From a virus (lineage: Duplodnaviria; Caudoviricetes), in the IMG/VR virus record IMGVR_UViG_3300020042_006565, positions 1 through 55,161 of that record: a stretch of 55,161 nucleotides of DNA; one strand, given 5' to 3'. Both the position numbers and the translations under genes were made by a program. Numbering within the stretch: position 1 is the stretch's first letter; every line of letters starts with the position of its first letter. Below are positions 1-9,304 of this stretch, one piece after another. A model generated the notes under the pieces. It saw only the letters and a program-made list of their open reading frames with translations. It did not search any database and was not told the origin of the DNA.

Positions 1-700
1 CACGCACGCCAGTCAGGTCGTCCAGCCTACGAATCCCAGAACGAACCCCCGTCCCACGAGCCAACGCGCCCTCGATACCGAACGCGTTCAAGCCAGCGTA
101 GGGAACCCCGCCCGCCAGAGCCGACCCAAGATCGGTCGTATCACTTTGGTCCCGCTGGTTCTGCAAGATGTCGCCGACTGCCGACGGGTATGAGGCAGCG
201 ACTGCACCGGTAGTACGCGCAGCGCCTTTGGCTGCTTGACCCAGACCGAGCCGAGCTGCAGTGCCGGTGAGCGACGCACCGCCCGTGATGCCGCCAACAA
301 TGGCTTCGGCAGCGTACGGAAGACTCTGTACCGCCAACCCACCAGCGTAGTTGAGCGCGGAGCCGACGCCGCTGACGTCTTTGTAGCTGTCGATTGCACC
401 TTGGTTACGAGCAAAGTCGCCTGCTACACGAGAGGCGAAGTCATTTTCAATTCGCTTGCGCCGAGCCCAATCGCTGCCTGCGGCTTCGGCCACTCCATAC
501 AAGCCAGCTTGATAGCTATCCAGCGCCGCGCTGAAGCGGTTACCCGACATGCCGCGAGCGTTTCCACCCCACCCGAACTCATCGGCAATCTGACCAGGAC
601 TCTTACCCACGCCTCTGGCGTATGAGGACAACAACTCCTCATCAGAGCGTTCATTAGCGGAGGAACCAATCGCGGCGCGGAGGTCTGCAATAGTCGGCAT
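1..700 (-). CDS. N-terminal part of a large virion internal/ejection protein (runs off the left end)
   Basis: ATG at 700 (MPTIADLRAAIGSS...). I translated the frame by hand and found it open to position 1. It is absent from the ORF track because it has no stop. Ala/Gly-rich and follows two ejection-type genes. Confidence 0.7.
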   Translation of the reverse strand, partial: MPTIADLRAAIGSSANERSDEELLSSYARGVGKSPGQIADEFGWGGNARGMSGNRFSAALDSYQAGLYGVAEAAGSDWARRKRIENDFASRVAGDFARNQGAIDSYKDVSGVGSALNYAGGLAVQSLPYAAEAIVGGITGGASLTGTAARLGLGQAAKGAARTTGAVAASYPSAVGDILQNQRDQSDTTDLGSALAGGVPYAGLNAFGIEGALARGTGVRSGIRRLDDLTGVR

Positions 701-717
701 CAATGCGCTCCTGCTAC

Positions 718-2169
718 TTACAAACCAAAAGCGGCTTTTTCATCGGCTTCACGTCCGGGGTAGTCACCCCTTGGCAGGGTGTCCACAAACTCACCGATCC
801 GAGCGCCCCCTGCTTTGACCGCATCGCCTATCGGCCCGTAGTTGAGCCGGAGCCCGCCCTTTGCCGGGGGTTTGGTAGCTGCTGCAGACGGGTCGCCACC
901 CAAAATAGCAGCGATGCCTCGCGGGTCTAGCTGGCTGCCTGAATCGTTTCCGTCGCGGAACTTCATGAACTCGGAGCGGATCTGCTGGATCGGGAGGTCT
1001 TTTAGCAGCACCGTCTTGCCATCCTTCTGGGCGACAACCTGCTCGCCGAACGTCTCCATGAAGTCCTTGAACGGCATGTCAAACGAAGTCTTTGACTCCG
1101 GCAAGCCCACCACCTTGCCAATAGACGACATGGCAGCGGATTCCTGTGCGCGGTAGTCCTGCATCATCCTTTGCCGCTTAACCGGATCGGTCTCCTTGGA
1201 CAGCGCGACGGCCATGTCGTTCAGCTTCTTAACCATTTCAGGAGCGAGCTGCTTAGGCTCCTTCGTTGAGTAGTACCCCCGCAGTGCCGCAGTACGAGCG
1301 GCGTCGTTTGCGTCTTCGTTCCCCTGACGCACTGTGGTGTTGTTCAACGTGCCCGCAGCCATCGTCGTGCTGTTCCACGTACCGATGTGCGCCCCAAGTT
1401 CTTTATGGGCTGCTGACAAATAAGCCATCGCGTCCGTGCCGTACCCGGCCTCAGCCAGCTTGCTCGCCATAGCAAACTGCCGCATCTCGGATTCGTTGAG
1501 CGTGAACTTCTTGCCTGGCTCCCCATCCGCCTCCGTCATCTGGACCATGTAGCCGTTCTTGTCTTTGCCCAAGTAGATGACTGGGATGCCGGAGTTGTTC
1601 GCCCCCGCAGCAAACTTACCCAGTTCCTCTTTGGACAGGCGTGCAACGTCGTTGGCGATGTCTTGCCGGTTGAGGACTTGCTCTTGTGCGTCTGCCGCAG
1701 CTAGGCCAGCGCGATCCCGCAACCCCAAAGCAAGATCTCGGTTTCGGTTGTTCAGGGAGCGGTCGTATTGCGACTTCTCTCTAACGTAGTCCTGCTTCGG
1801 CTGAGGCAGCCCCTGCGCCTCCATTGGCATAACCCCGCCGCCAGCCGACGACGGCATGTTGTAGGGCGACGTGTCACTGCCGTCACCGAAGGTGCCAGCT
1901 TGGGGGCGGTAACCCGGTGGGTTCGCAACCAGCCCCGCAGTGTTTACCTGAAAGTTCGTCGGTTGCGCAGCTTGGGCGGGGTCAATGCGAACGGGAGCGA
2001 CGGGAGCGTTGTCGCGGTAGCCCTTCCAGGCGGATTCCCGCTCGTTGTACTCAGCATCAGCGCGCTTGTCCAACTCCGCTTGCCGTGCATCCAGCTTGGC
2101 TTGGCGCTCGTTCTCAATGCGCTGCTGGCCGATCTGACGGCCCATGTTGAAACCAGCATCAAATCCCAT
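718..2169 (-). CDS. putative DNA ejection/internal virion protein (483 aa)
   Basis: Long ORF with a GGAG RBS. Gly-rich N-terminus followed by a Q/E/R-rich helical segment. Position matches podovirus ejection genes. Confidence 0.6.
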   Translation of the reverse strand: MGFDAGFNMGRQIGQQRIENERQAKLDARQAELDKRADAEYNERESAWKGYRDNAPVAPVRIDPAQAAQPTNFQVNTAGLVANPPGYRPQAGTFGDGSDTSPYNMPSSAGGGVMPMEAQGLPQPKQDYVREKSQYDRSLNNRNRDLALGLRDRAGLAAADAQEQVLNRQDIANDVARLSKEELGKFAAGANNSGIPVIYLGKDKNGYMVQMTEADGEPGKKFTLNESEMRQFAMASKLAEAGYGTDAMAYLSAAHKELGAHIGTWNSTTMAAGTLNNTTVRQGNEDANDAARTAALRGYYSTKEPKQLAPEMVKKLNDMAVALSKETDPVKRQRMMQDYRAQESAAMSSIGKVVGLPESKTSFDMPFKDFMETFGEQVVAQKDGKTVLLKDLPIQQIRSEFMKFRDGNDSGSQLDPRGIAAILGGDPSAAATKPPAKGGLRLNYGPIGDAVKAGGARIGEFVDTLPRGDYPGREADEKAAFGL

Positions 2170-2178
2170 GATCTCTCC

Positions 2179-3063
2179 TTAACCGAATCTGAAGCCGCCG
2201 CTAGCCCAGCCGCCCGCTGCCGCGCCTGCTAGCGTGTTGAACGGGTTGTTGGCATCCGCCGCAGCTTGCGCGTTAGCCCGTGCGCTGAATTGGTTGGTAG
2301 CGTTCTGCCCCATCTGACCGGCCATCAGCCCTGCCGAATTAAGCCCGGAGTTCATACCTGCCAGACCTGCGTTGGCATACCCAAGCCCTGCGCCGCCGTA
2401 CCCAGCACCAGAGCCGGAAAGACCAGAAGCCATCGCGGGGTAGCCAGCCAATGCGTTGTTAGCGCGGTCGGTGAGCTGCAGGCCTTCTTGCCTTGCGGCG
2501 TTACGCGCCATGAACGCGGCTTGTGCTTGCGCACCGGCAGCACCTACACCTTGACGAGCGAACGCTTCTGCGACTGCGTTGGGGTTCATGCCGCGTCGAG
2601 CTGCGTCACGCATGGCAGAGTTACGTGCGGAGGACAGTCCTGAGTTAACGTCAGCGATGCCCTGGCTGCGAAGATCAGCGGCACGCCCGGCCTCGTTGAA
2701 ATTAGTTGCGTCGGCGGCGATTCGATCTTGCTGGGTTGCCAGCATCGCCCTGCGCCCGAGAGCGAACGTGCGGTCTTCTTGCGACTGGTTGTACGCGGTC
2801 CTCGATGAGTCCAGACCGAACTGCAGCTGCTCGCGCTGCAGCGGAGCCAGCTCTGCGGCGTTGGCCAGCATCTGTTCGATGGCCTTGTCCTGCACGCCCA
2901 TCGACTTAACCATCGCGGCGCGTTCCTCTCTGGACGGTTTGTATCCGCCGCCGCCCTTCTTGCCCTCCAGCGTCATGGAGCCGTATCGGGTGCGCCGACC
3001 GGCTCGGGGGCTGAACGCCTGCTCAGGGAGCAAGTCCCACTCGTGTTGGTGAAACCTAGACAT
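2179..3063 (-). CDS. putative DNA transfer/ejection protein (P22 gp7-like architecture)
   Basis: Ala/Gly/Gln-rich 294 aa with an N-terminal leader ending in LEGKKGGGG and a Gly/Ala-rich C-terminus. Lies directly after the GNAT gene. Confidence 0.6.
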   Translation of the reverse strand: MSRFHQHEWDLLPEQAFSPRAGRRTRYGSMTLEGKKGGGGYKPSREERAAMVKSMGVQDKAIEQMLANAAELAPLQREQLQFGLDSSRTAYNQSQEDRTFALGRRAMLATQQDRIAADATNFNEAGRAADLRSQGIADVNSGLSSARNSAMRDAARRGMNPNAVAEAFARQGVGAAGAQAQAAFMARNAARQEGLQLTDRANNALAGYPAMASGLSGSGAGYGGAGLGYANAGLAGMNSGLNSAGLMAGQMGQNATNQFSARANAQAAADANNPFNTLAGAAAGGWASGGFRFG

Positions 3064-3466
3064 ACCGACAGTCCTTACGCCACATCGAATAGATGATTAC
3101 ATCGCCCCCATCGGGTGCGGCTCCCGTGAGGATGGCTTCTGGCTTGAAGCCGAGGTGCTCGTCGAAGCGACGGGCCACCGTATTACTTGCGTTCACGTAC
3201 GCGCTTACCCTGCGCACGCCCATCTGGTTGAACGGGTAGCCGAAGAACGCTCTGAGGGTGCTTCGGTTGAGCCAGCCGCTGCCTGGAACCGCTGCCACAT
3301 GCATCCACACGTTGTAGTCACTGAACCCCTCGTAGAGCACGCCCGCCACCAACTCGCCGTCACGCTCTATCCCCAGAGCTTCCATACCTTCGACAGCGTC
3401 AATGGGCATCAACGTGCGAACGAAGTCCAGCACACGAACCACATCGGTGGTGATGCTCAGATCCAT
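3056..3466 (-). CDS. GNAT-fold acetyltransferase-like virion assembly protein
   Basis: Motif V..SN..ARRFDEHLGFKPE is typical of RimJ/RimL-type GNAT. Such genes usually precede ejection genes in podoviruses. Confidence 0.75.
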   Translation of the reverse strand: MDLSITTDVVRVLDFVRTLMPIDAVEGMEALGIERDGELVAGVLYEGFSDYNVWMHVAAVPGSGWLNRSTLRAFFGYPFNQMGVRRVSAYVNASNTVARRFDEHLGFKPEAILTGAAPDGGDVIIYSMWRKDCRYV

Positions 3467-3469
3467 TCG

Positions 3470-3697
3470 TCAGCCTTCGGCGGCTTCCGGTGCAGCTTCC
3501 ACGTCCACCTTGCGAGGGCGACCACGCTTAGCGGCAGTCGACACCCCGACATCGAGCGACTGAACCAACGCTTCGCCGTCTGGCGTGAGCAGTGGGCCGT
3601 CAACCGTCATCTGTCCGTAGTTGACGTTCTTGTAGTCAAGCTGCCCGCCGACCACCTGGAAGCCCATCTCCAACAACAGCTCGACATTCATAGTCAT
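3470..3697 (-). CDS. hypothetical protein (75 aa)
   Basis: AAGGAG RBS upstream. Tightly packed in the operon. Contains a KRGRPRK basic motif. Confidence 0.6.
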   Translation of the reverse strand: MTMNVELLLEMGFQVVGGQLDYKNVNYGQMTVDGPLLTPDGEALVQSLDVGVSTAAKRGRPRKVDVEAAPEAAEG

Positions 3698-3727
3698 CTA
3701 AACGCTCCTTTTGCAGCCGATATTATG

Positions 3728-3743
3728 CGCTTACATGTAAGCG
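3728..3743. promoter_or_regulatory. perfect palindromic operator CGCTTACATGTAAGCG
   Basis: Intergenic 16-bp perfect palindrome. An identical copy lies at 19707-19722. Confidence 0.75.
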
Positions 3744-3747
3744 TATG

Positions 3748-4317
3748 CTAGGTGGGCCATGTGATTGCTTCGACCTCTGCGATGGTGGTTGCCGCCTCAA
3801 TGGCGGTGCGCAGCGACCGGGAGGTGGCGTAAATCTGCTGGGTGCGCTGCCCCAGCGTCAACCCGACTTCGATCATCTGTGCCGTGCTCAGCGTGACGAC
3901 GGTGTTGTCGAACAGCGTGTACTCGATGGTCTGTGGGTAACCAGACGCTGCGAGCGTTTGCAGCATGGCGATGGCGTCGGTGATGTTCTTCTGGCTGTAG
4001 GTGTCTGCGTCGAACACGCCGTAGAGGGTCGTGAGCGGCGCAGTGAGGGCTTCGTTGCGAGAAGTCTTGATGCGTTCCCACTGATCGAGTTGCTGCTGAG
4101 ACAAGGAGCGAGGGTCAATCCACTGCTTGATGCTGTAGTCAAACGTGTGTTTTGGGCTAGGACGCGGCCCCATAGAAACAAACTCGGAGCCTGAGTAGTA
4201 ATGGGTTGAGTCGCTTATCGTGCCAACAATAAGAACGCACGACAGCCCCTCCAGATCCATTTCGTGAGAGGACAGTTGGGTTATTCTTCCAAGTGAATCT
4301 ACAATTGCGTATCTCAT
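3748..4317 (-). CDS. tail fibre-associated protein (DUF4376-like)
   Basis: Directly downstream of the tail fibre. Motifs W.RIK..RN, FDAD..SQ.NI and C-terminal IEAATTIAEVEAITW. Confidence 0.65.
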   Translation of the reverse strand: MRYAIVDSLGRITQLSSHEMDLEGLSCVLIVGTISDSTHYYSGSEFVSMGPRPSPKHTFDYSIKQWIDPRSLSQQQLDQWERIKTSRNEALTAPLTTLYGVFDADTYSQKNITDAIAMLQTLAASGYPQTIEYTLFDNTVVTLSTAQMIEVGLTLGQRTQQIYATSRSLRTAIEAATTIAEVEAITWPT

Positions 4318-7300
4318 CGCTTAGTTCCGATTGCAATTAAGTAGCGACTTTGAGTAGTGTGACCGTTACCCACCATTACCATAGTGTATGTATTTGCTGT
4401 TCCGAGCGTTGGAGAGCTATCAATGACTACGTCGGTATTGGCATAGTCATTACCGGCTCCTGGGAAAGCCCCATAAAAATTGCTGCTTGAGTAAACAGTA
4501 GTCCCGTTCCGTCTTATCTCTATTACTGACGATGTACCCCCGCCAGTGGTAGCACCATTTAAACTGTAGTAAAACAGAAGGATTACTGCCGGGGCGGCAC
4601 CGCTGGCGGCAGATGGCATGGTAATTGAGCCTAGCGTCAAAACCGTTTGGGTGCCTGGGCTAAGCGGGTTTGTCGCACTTACACCGCGATTTGCAGTAAT
4701 AGCCTCGCCCCTGACGTTAACGGTATCCACGGCATTGAGTGCGGCTGTCGTCAATGTGCCTGCAAAGGTACCGCTAGCAGCCGATAAAGACCCTGAAAAA
4801 CTCCCGGTGGCGGAAGATAAAGAACCTGCAAAGCTACCGGTAGCCGCCGACAAAGCCCCTCTAAATGTTCCCGTATTAAATTCTGCAGATCCTGACTTGG
4901 CTATAGCCCATCCTGCGCTACCCGCCACATAATTATCGGACTGTATCGTACCGCCTATCTTTGCGTTGGTTACCGCCAGGGCTTCTATCTTGCCGGTAGT
5001 TACAGCCAAGTCATTTATTTTCGCAGTGCCTACAGCCAAGTCATCTATCTTGGCTGTGCTTATTGCCAGATCAGCGATCTTGGCCGTGTCGATGCTGGCG
5101 TCGCCGATCTTGGCGGTGGTGATCGTGCCGTTCTGGATGAACCCGTCGGTGATGTAGACGCCCGCAGGGACGCTCACTCCGTTGATGGTGGTTGGCGTTG
5201 TTCTAACAATGAACGGGGCCAAGGGCTCGATGCCGGGGCCGGTGGGGCTGGCGATATAGAAGCTGTCCGCCCGCACGCCGAAGCTGCTTGTTACCCTGCC
5301 GTTGGCTTTCTCAGAAGCCAGCCCATACCCCGCCACGTACCCATTGACATCGAGCTTGACGGTGTACTGCGCCAGCAACGTTTCCGTCTCCACGCTGCGC
5401 AGCAGTGCCTCAATCTCCAGTGCTGCCTCGTCCTCGGCAGTCTGCGTTTGCAGCGTGGTGACTTGCGTGGCCAGTGCCCCGTCGGCATCGGCGCGGGCCG
5501 TTGACTCTGTCAATATCGCTGCTGCGTTGTCGCCCGTCGCTGCTGACAGCGTGGTGATCTGCGAAGCGATGGCTGAGTCTTGGGTTGTGCGTGCCAAAGT
5601 CTCGGCGGTCACCGCCGCTGCGTTGCTCCCGGTTGCGGCCGCAAGGCTGTTGAGTTGCGCCGCCACGGCGCTGTCGCTGCTGGCCCGCGCGTTCTGCTCT
5701 GCCAAAATGCCCGAACTGCTGTTGCCTGCCGCCACCGCAAGTCCCGTGATGTTGGCGGCTTGGGCCGAGTCTTGGGTAGACCGCACCTGTTGCTCCGCAA
5801 ACAGCGCAGCGGCGGTGTTGCCGGTCGATGCCCCCAGCACGGTGAGCTGACTGGCCACGGAGCTGTTTTCATCAGCGCGGGTTTCCTGCTCGGTTTTGAT
5901 GGCCGATGAGTTGGCCCCCACCGTCGCAGAGAGTGTGGCCGTGACCGCAGCAGACGCCGCATCAGCGGTCGCACGGGCGGTTTGTTCAACGATCAGTCCT
6001 GCCGTGCTGCTGCCCAACTGGGCCGCGATGGAGGTGGTTTGCGAAGCAAGTGCGGCGTTCTGATCCACCCGTGCAGCTTGCTCAACCTTCAACCCTGCGG
6101 TGTTCTCCTCCACCGAAGCCACGATGCCGGTCAAGGTGCTGGCCACGGCGCTGTCCGCAGCGGCCCGAGCGTTCTGCTCCGAGATCACCCCGGCGATGGT
6201 CCCGCCCACAGAAGCCCCGAGAGAAGTCACTTGCGACGCGGTCGCGCTGTCGGCCGTGGTGCGTGCGTTCTGCTCGGTAGTGACAGCGGCCAAACTACTT
6301 CCCGTCACCGCCACAACCACCTGAATCTGGCTGGCCACGGCGCTGTCAGCACCTGCGCGGGTCTGCTGCTCGGTCTGGATGGCTGCGGTAGCCCCTGCTG
6401 TGGCCGCGCCAACGGTAGACACCCGAGTGGCAAGCACGCTGTCGGCGGTGATGCGCGCAGTTTCCTCTGTGTCAATCAGTGCCGTGTTCGCGGCGATGTC
6501 CAGGGCGCGTGCGCTGGCTTCAGCCAAGTCGCCCGCAATCCGAGCTGCGATCTCGTTGTTTAGCGAGTTGATGACCCCACTCAAATCACCACTTGAAAGA
6601 TCGACAAGGGCGTCTACTTGATCCTGCAAGTCCGCATCAGCCAGCGCCCGAGCGGTTGCTTCCGCCTGCACCGCCAAGACTCGGTTGCCAACCTCCGTTT
6701 GCACCCGCTCATTCACCGATCCTGGCAGGCTGGCTAGTCCGTCGATGAGGTCAATCCGCCCGGTCAACGCCGCGTTTAACTGGCTCGTCGTGATCTGTGA
6801 TGTGAGCGCCTGAAGAAGCAGCGAAACGTCTTGGCCCGTCGTCGCCAACAAGCCGTTCGTTCCGCCTGCGGGGGACGCGCTCAACACGCCAGCGCGTGTT
6901 TCCCACTTGATCCACAGCCGCCATGTCGTCGCCGGGTTGCTCGGGTAGGCGTACACCGTCCCAGAGAACTGGGAGATCTCGGTGGCGTCCAGAAAAGTTG
7001 GCAGCGGGTCGCCCACGTCTACCACTTTGCCGTAGACCCGCGTGCGCAAATGCCGCCCACCTTGGATATAGCTGGGTGAATCGTGCTCGATGAAGACGTG
7101 GCTGATGGCGGACGCAACGCTGAAGCCCGTGGGCGTGGGGGGCGGCGTGAGGTCCAGCTCACCTTCTATGAACGGCGGCACCAGCGGCAACCCGCCGCCC
7201 CCAGGCCGAGGTGTGTACCCCGTCGGCAAAGTCGCCAGCCCGTTGTCCAGCAAGTCGCGCAGTGTGATGCCTCGGTCCAGCGGGCTGCCCTGCCGCCCCA

Positions 7301-7382
7301 GGTAGCCCATCAGCGTTTCCCGAACGCGCTGCTCAAAGTTCGCCGCGCTGGTGCTCGGGAGGTCGTTGCGGGAGTCACTCAT
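4314..7382 (-). CDS. tail fibre / host-specificity protein (1022 aa, DUF1983-like segment)
   Basis: Long coiled-coil repeat region (EQxARxxADSAxASQ), AQYTVKLDVNGYVAGYGL segment, TAKI repeats and a divergent C-terminal tip. Confidence 0.8.
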   Translation of the reverse strand: MSDSRNDLPSTSAANFEQRVRETLMGYLGRQGSPLDRGITLRDLLDNGLATLPTGYTPRPGGGGLPLVPPFIEGELDLTPPPTPTGFSVASAISHVFIEHDSPSYIQGGRHLRTRVYGKVVDVGDPLPTFLDATEISQFSGTVYAYPSNPATTWRLWIKWETRAGVLSASPAGGTNGLLATTGQDVSLLLQALTSQITTSQLNAALTGRIDLIDGLASLPGSVNERVQTEVGNRVLAVQAEATARALADADLQDQVDALVDLSSGDLSGVINSLNNEIAARIAGDLAEASARALDIAANTALIDTEETARITADSVLATRVSTVGAATAGATAAIQTEQQTRAGADSAVASQIQVVVAVTGSSLAAVTTEQNARTTADSATASQVTSLGASVGGTIAGVISEQNARAAADSAVASTLTGIVASVEENTAGLKVEQAARVDQNAALASQTTSIAAQLGSSTAGLIVEQTARATADAASAAVTATLSATVGANSSAIKTEQETRADENSSVASQLTVLGASTGNTAAALFAEQQVRSTQDSAQAANITGLAVAAGNSSSGILAEQNARASSDSAVAAQLNSLAAATGSNAAAVTAETLARTTQDSAIASQITTLSAATGDNAAAILTESTARADADGALATQVTTLQTQTAEDEAALEIEALLRSVETETLLAQYTVKLDVNGYVAGYGLASEKANGRVTSSFGVRADSFYIASPTGPGIEPLAPFIVRTTPTTINGVSVPAGVYITDGFIQNGTITTAKIGDASIDTAKIADLAISTAKIDDLAVGTAKINDLAVTTGKIEALAVTNAKIGGTIQSDNYVAGSAGWAIAKSGSAEFNTGTFRGALSAATGSFAGSLSSATGSFSGSLSAASGTFAGTLTTAALNAVDTVNVRGEAITANRGVSATNPLSPGTQTVLTLGSITMPSAASGAAPAVILLFYYSLNGATTGGGTSSVIEIRRNGTTVYSSSNFYGAFPGAGNDYANTDVVIDSSPTLGTANTYTMVMVGNGHTTQSRYLIAIGTKR

Positions 7383-7394
7383 GGCCGTCGGGCG

Positions 7395-8450
7395 TTAGCC
7401 CGTGAAGCTGGTGTTGAGCATGAACGCCGTTTGCAGCGTGGCTCCGTTAATGAACACGGCCCGGTAGTAACGCGTCATAACCGGCACCGTGAGCGTCACT
7501 ACCGTGTTAGCCGCCACTACGGTGTCTGCCGTGGCCCGCCGCCAAGTCGCGTTGTCGTTTGACATTTCAATCCGCAGCGTCCCGGCCTGATCCGCAAACG
7601 CCGAAGCATTGAACTCTGAGTAGCGATGCACTGCTGCTGCGGCAACCGCCGTATCCCGCGCAGTGCCCGTCACCGTTGCCGCCGCCGCTTGCGCGGTCAC
7701 GCTCTCGTTAAAGAACACGTTGTTCTGCGCAGTCGCATTGGCAGCCACGGTGGGCATACTCAAAACCTGCACTGGAGTGGAGTTGGCGATGGCTGCGGTG
7801 CCGTCCCCCCGAACAATGTTCACGCTCACGCCGGTCAGGTCTTGCAGCACCACCGCGTCGATGCTGACGGTGGTGCTTGTCGCAGGCGGAGTCGCCCCAT
7901 TCAAAACCCGAATCTGAACGTAGTAATCCTCGTTGGGGTCTAGCGCGTTGCGGTCAAAGTCCACCACCCCGCTCTTTATCGCGTTGGTATTCGCGGCCAC
8001 CGACGAAAACACCACATCCGTCGCATCGGCGTAAATGTCAAAGCTGGCGTACGAGGCGGTGGTTGGTACCGTGGCCGAAACGGCGGTGTTGTTCGTCCCC
8101 CCGTTTCCTGTCTGTGCTTGGGCCGAGGTGGCGGTTACGCCGTTGAAATCGTACCGAGCAAACGTGGTGCCCGCCGCGTTGGTCACTTCAAAGTAAATGT
8201 TCTGGTTGGCGATCCGCTGGCTCAACTGCGCAACGAACCGGGCGTAAAACTTGGTGCGAATTGGTTTGGTACACCGGACCGCCGTTTCCGCGTCTGCGGT
8301 CGTCCCCATCGCAATCGCCATCACCGAAGACGCCACCGTCACGGTCTGCCCCGCGCCAAGCTCAACAATGTTCCAGTCTGTGGGCAGTGCAGTGCCGGTG
8401 AACTCGTATCGCTGCTCTAGTCGGGTGGTGTCAACAGAAATGAGGGCCAC
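7395..8450 (-). CDS. virion structural / tail-associated beta-rich protein
   Basis: GTG start at 8450 preceded by AAGGAG. Thr/Ala/Val-rich. Located in the tail module. Confidence 0.6.
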   Translation of the reverse strand: MALISVDTTRLEQRYEFTGTALPTDWNIVELGAGQTVTVASSVMAIAMGTTADAETAVRCTKPIRTKFYARFVAQLSQRIANQNIYFEVTNAAGTTFARYDFNGVTATSAQAQTGNGGTNNTAVSATVPTTASYASFDIYADATDVVFSSVAANTNAIKSGVVDFDRNALDPNEDYYVQIRVLNGATPPATSTTVSIDAVVLQDLTGVSVNIVRGDGTAAIANSTPVQVLSMPTVAANATAQNNVFFNESVTAQAAAATVTGTARDTAVAAAAVHRYSEFNASAFADQAGTLRIEMSNDNATWRRATADTVVAANTVVTLTVPVMTRYYRAVFINGATLQTAFMLNTSFTG

Positions 8451-8460
8451 AGTGCGCTCC

Positions 8461-9288
8461 TTAGATGATGCGTTTGAACGAAGCGCCGCCACGAACAACC
8501 GTAGCGCCCACCGTAGTGGTCAGCGCCGTGACATCAGACTGACCCGCGATGGTCACGATGTACTCCTCCGATGACCCGGCCGAGGGCTTGACCACGGCCC
8601 CCAGCGGGTACTGCGTCTGAAACGCGTACGTGACGCAGCCAGAAACACAGATCACGTTGCCTGCACCCGGCAGTGCAGAGGCTGCGCCCAGCGTGTCCAG
8701 GCTCGTCCACGTTGGCAGGGTGGTCGACGCAGTGGTCGCCGTCGTGACCAAGAACTCTTTGAGCGAAGTCGCCGCAGGCCGCACGATCAGGCCAATGCCG
8801 TACACCGTGGCCACAACAAACGTGGTGGGGGTGTAGAACTTGGGCAGCGTCCTGAAAGACACCGTGCCGTCCGTTGTCGTGCCGCCGTCCGTCACCGTCC
8901 AAGTGGGCTCCGTCGCCGTGTTGGCCGTCGTGCCTGCCGTGGCCACAAAGAACAGCTTGCCCAGTGCAGCCTCACTGCCCGTTGCCGGGGTGATGGACGC
9001 AACCCGTGCGCCCAGCGCCAGAGCGGTGTTTTGAGGGCGCGTGCCATACGCCTCAATGTTGGTGCTGGTGCCTGATGCCGCCCAGTTGGCGCGAACAACT
9101 GTGCCGTTGTTGGCCAAGGTGGAGCCCGCCAAAAGCTCCCCAACAGACAGGGTGCCGGTGTTTCCCGCAGCGCCGCCGTTGGCGATGATGATGTTGGCGT
9201 CTGTTTCTTCCGGGTAACCGGGGGTGTCAATGGTGGTCGTGAAAGTCACGGTGCGAACCACGGTGACGCGGCGGGTGTTTTTAGGCAT
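8461..9288 (-). CDS. virion structural protein with internal repeats
   Basis: Thr-rich. Motif EPTW...GGTTTDGTV and three repeated Y..G..V.P units. Confidence 0.6.
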   Translation of the reverse strand: MPKNTRRVTVVRTVTFTTTIDTPGYPEETDANIIIANGGAAGNTGTLSVGELLAGSTLANNGTVVRANWAASGTSTNIEAYGTRPQNTALALGARVASITPATGSEAALGKLFFVATAGTTANTATEPTWTVTDGGTTTDGTVSFRTLPKFYTPTTFVVATVYGIGLIVRPAATSLKEFLVTTATTASTTLPTWTSLDTLGAASALPGAGNVICVSGCVTYAFQTQYPLGAVVKPSAGSSEEYIVTIAGQSDVTALTTTVGATVVRGGASFKRII

Positions 9289-9304
9289 GGTCTAGCCCTT
9301 TGAG

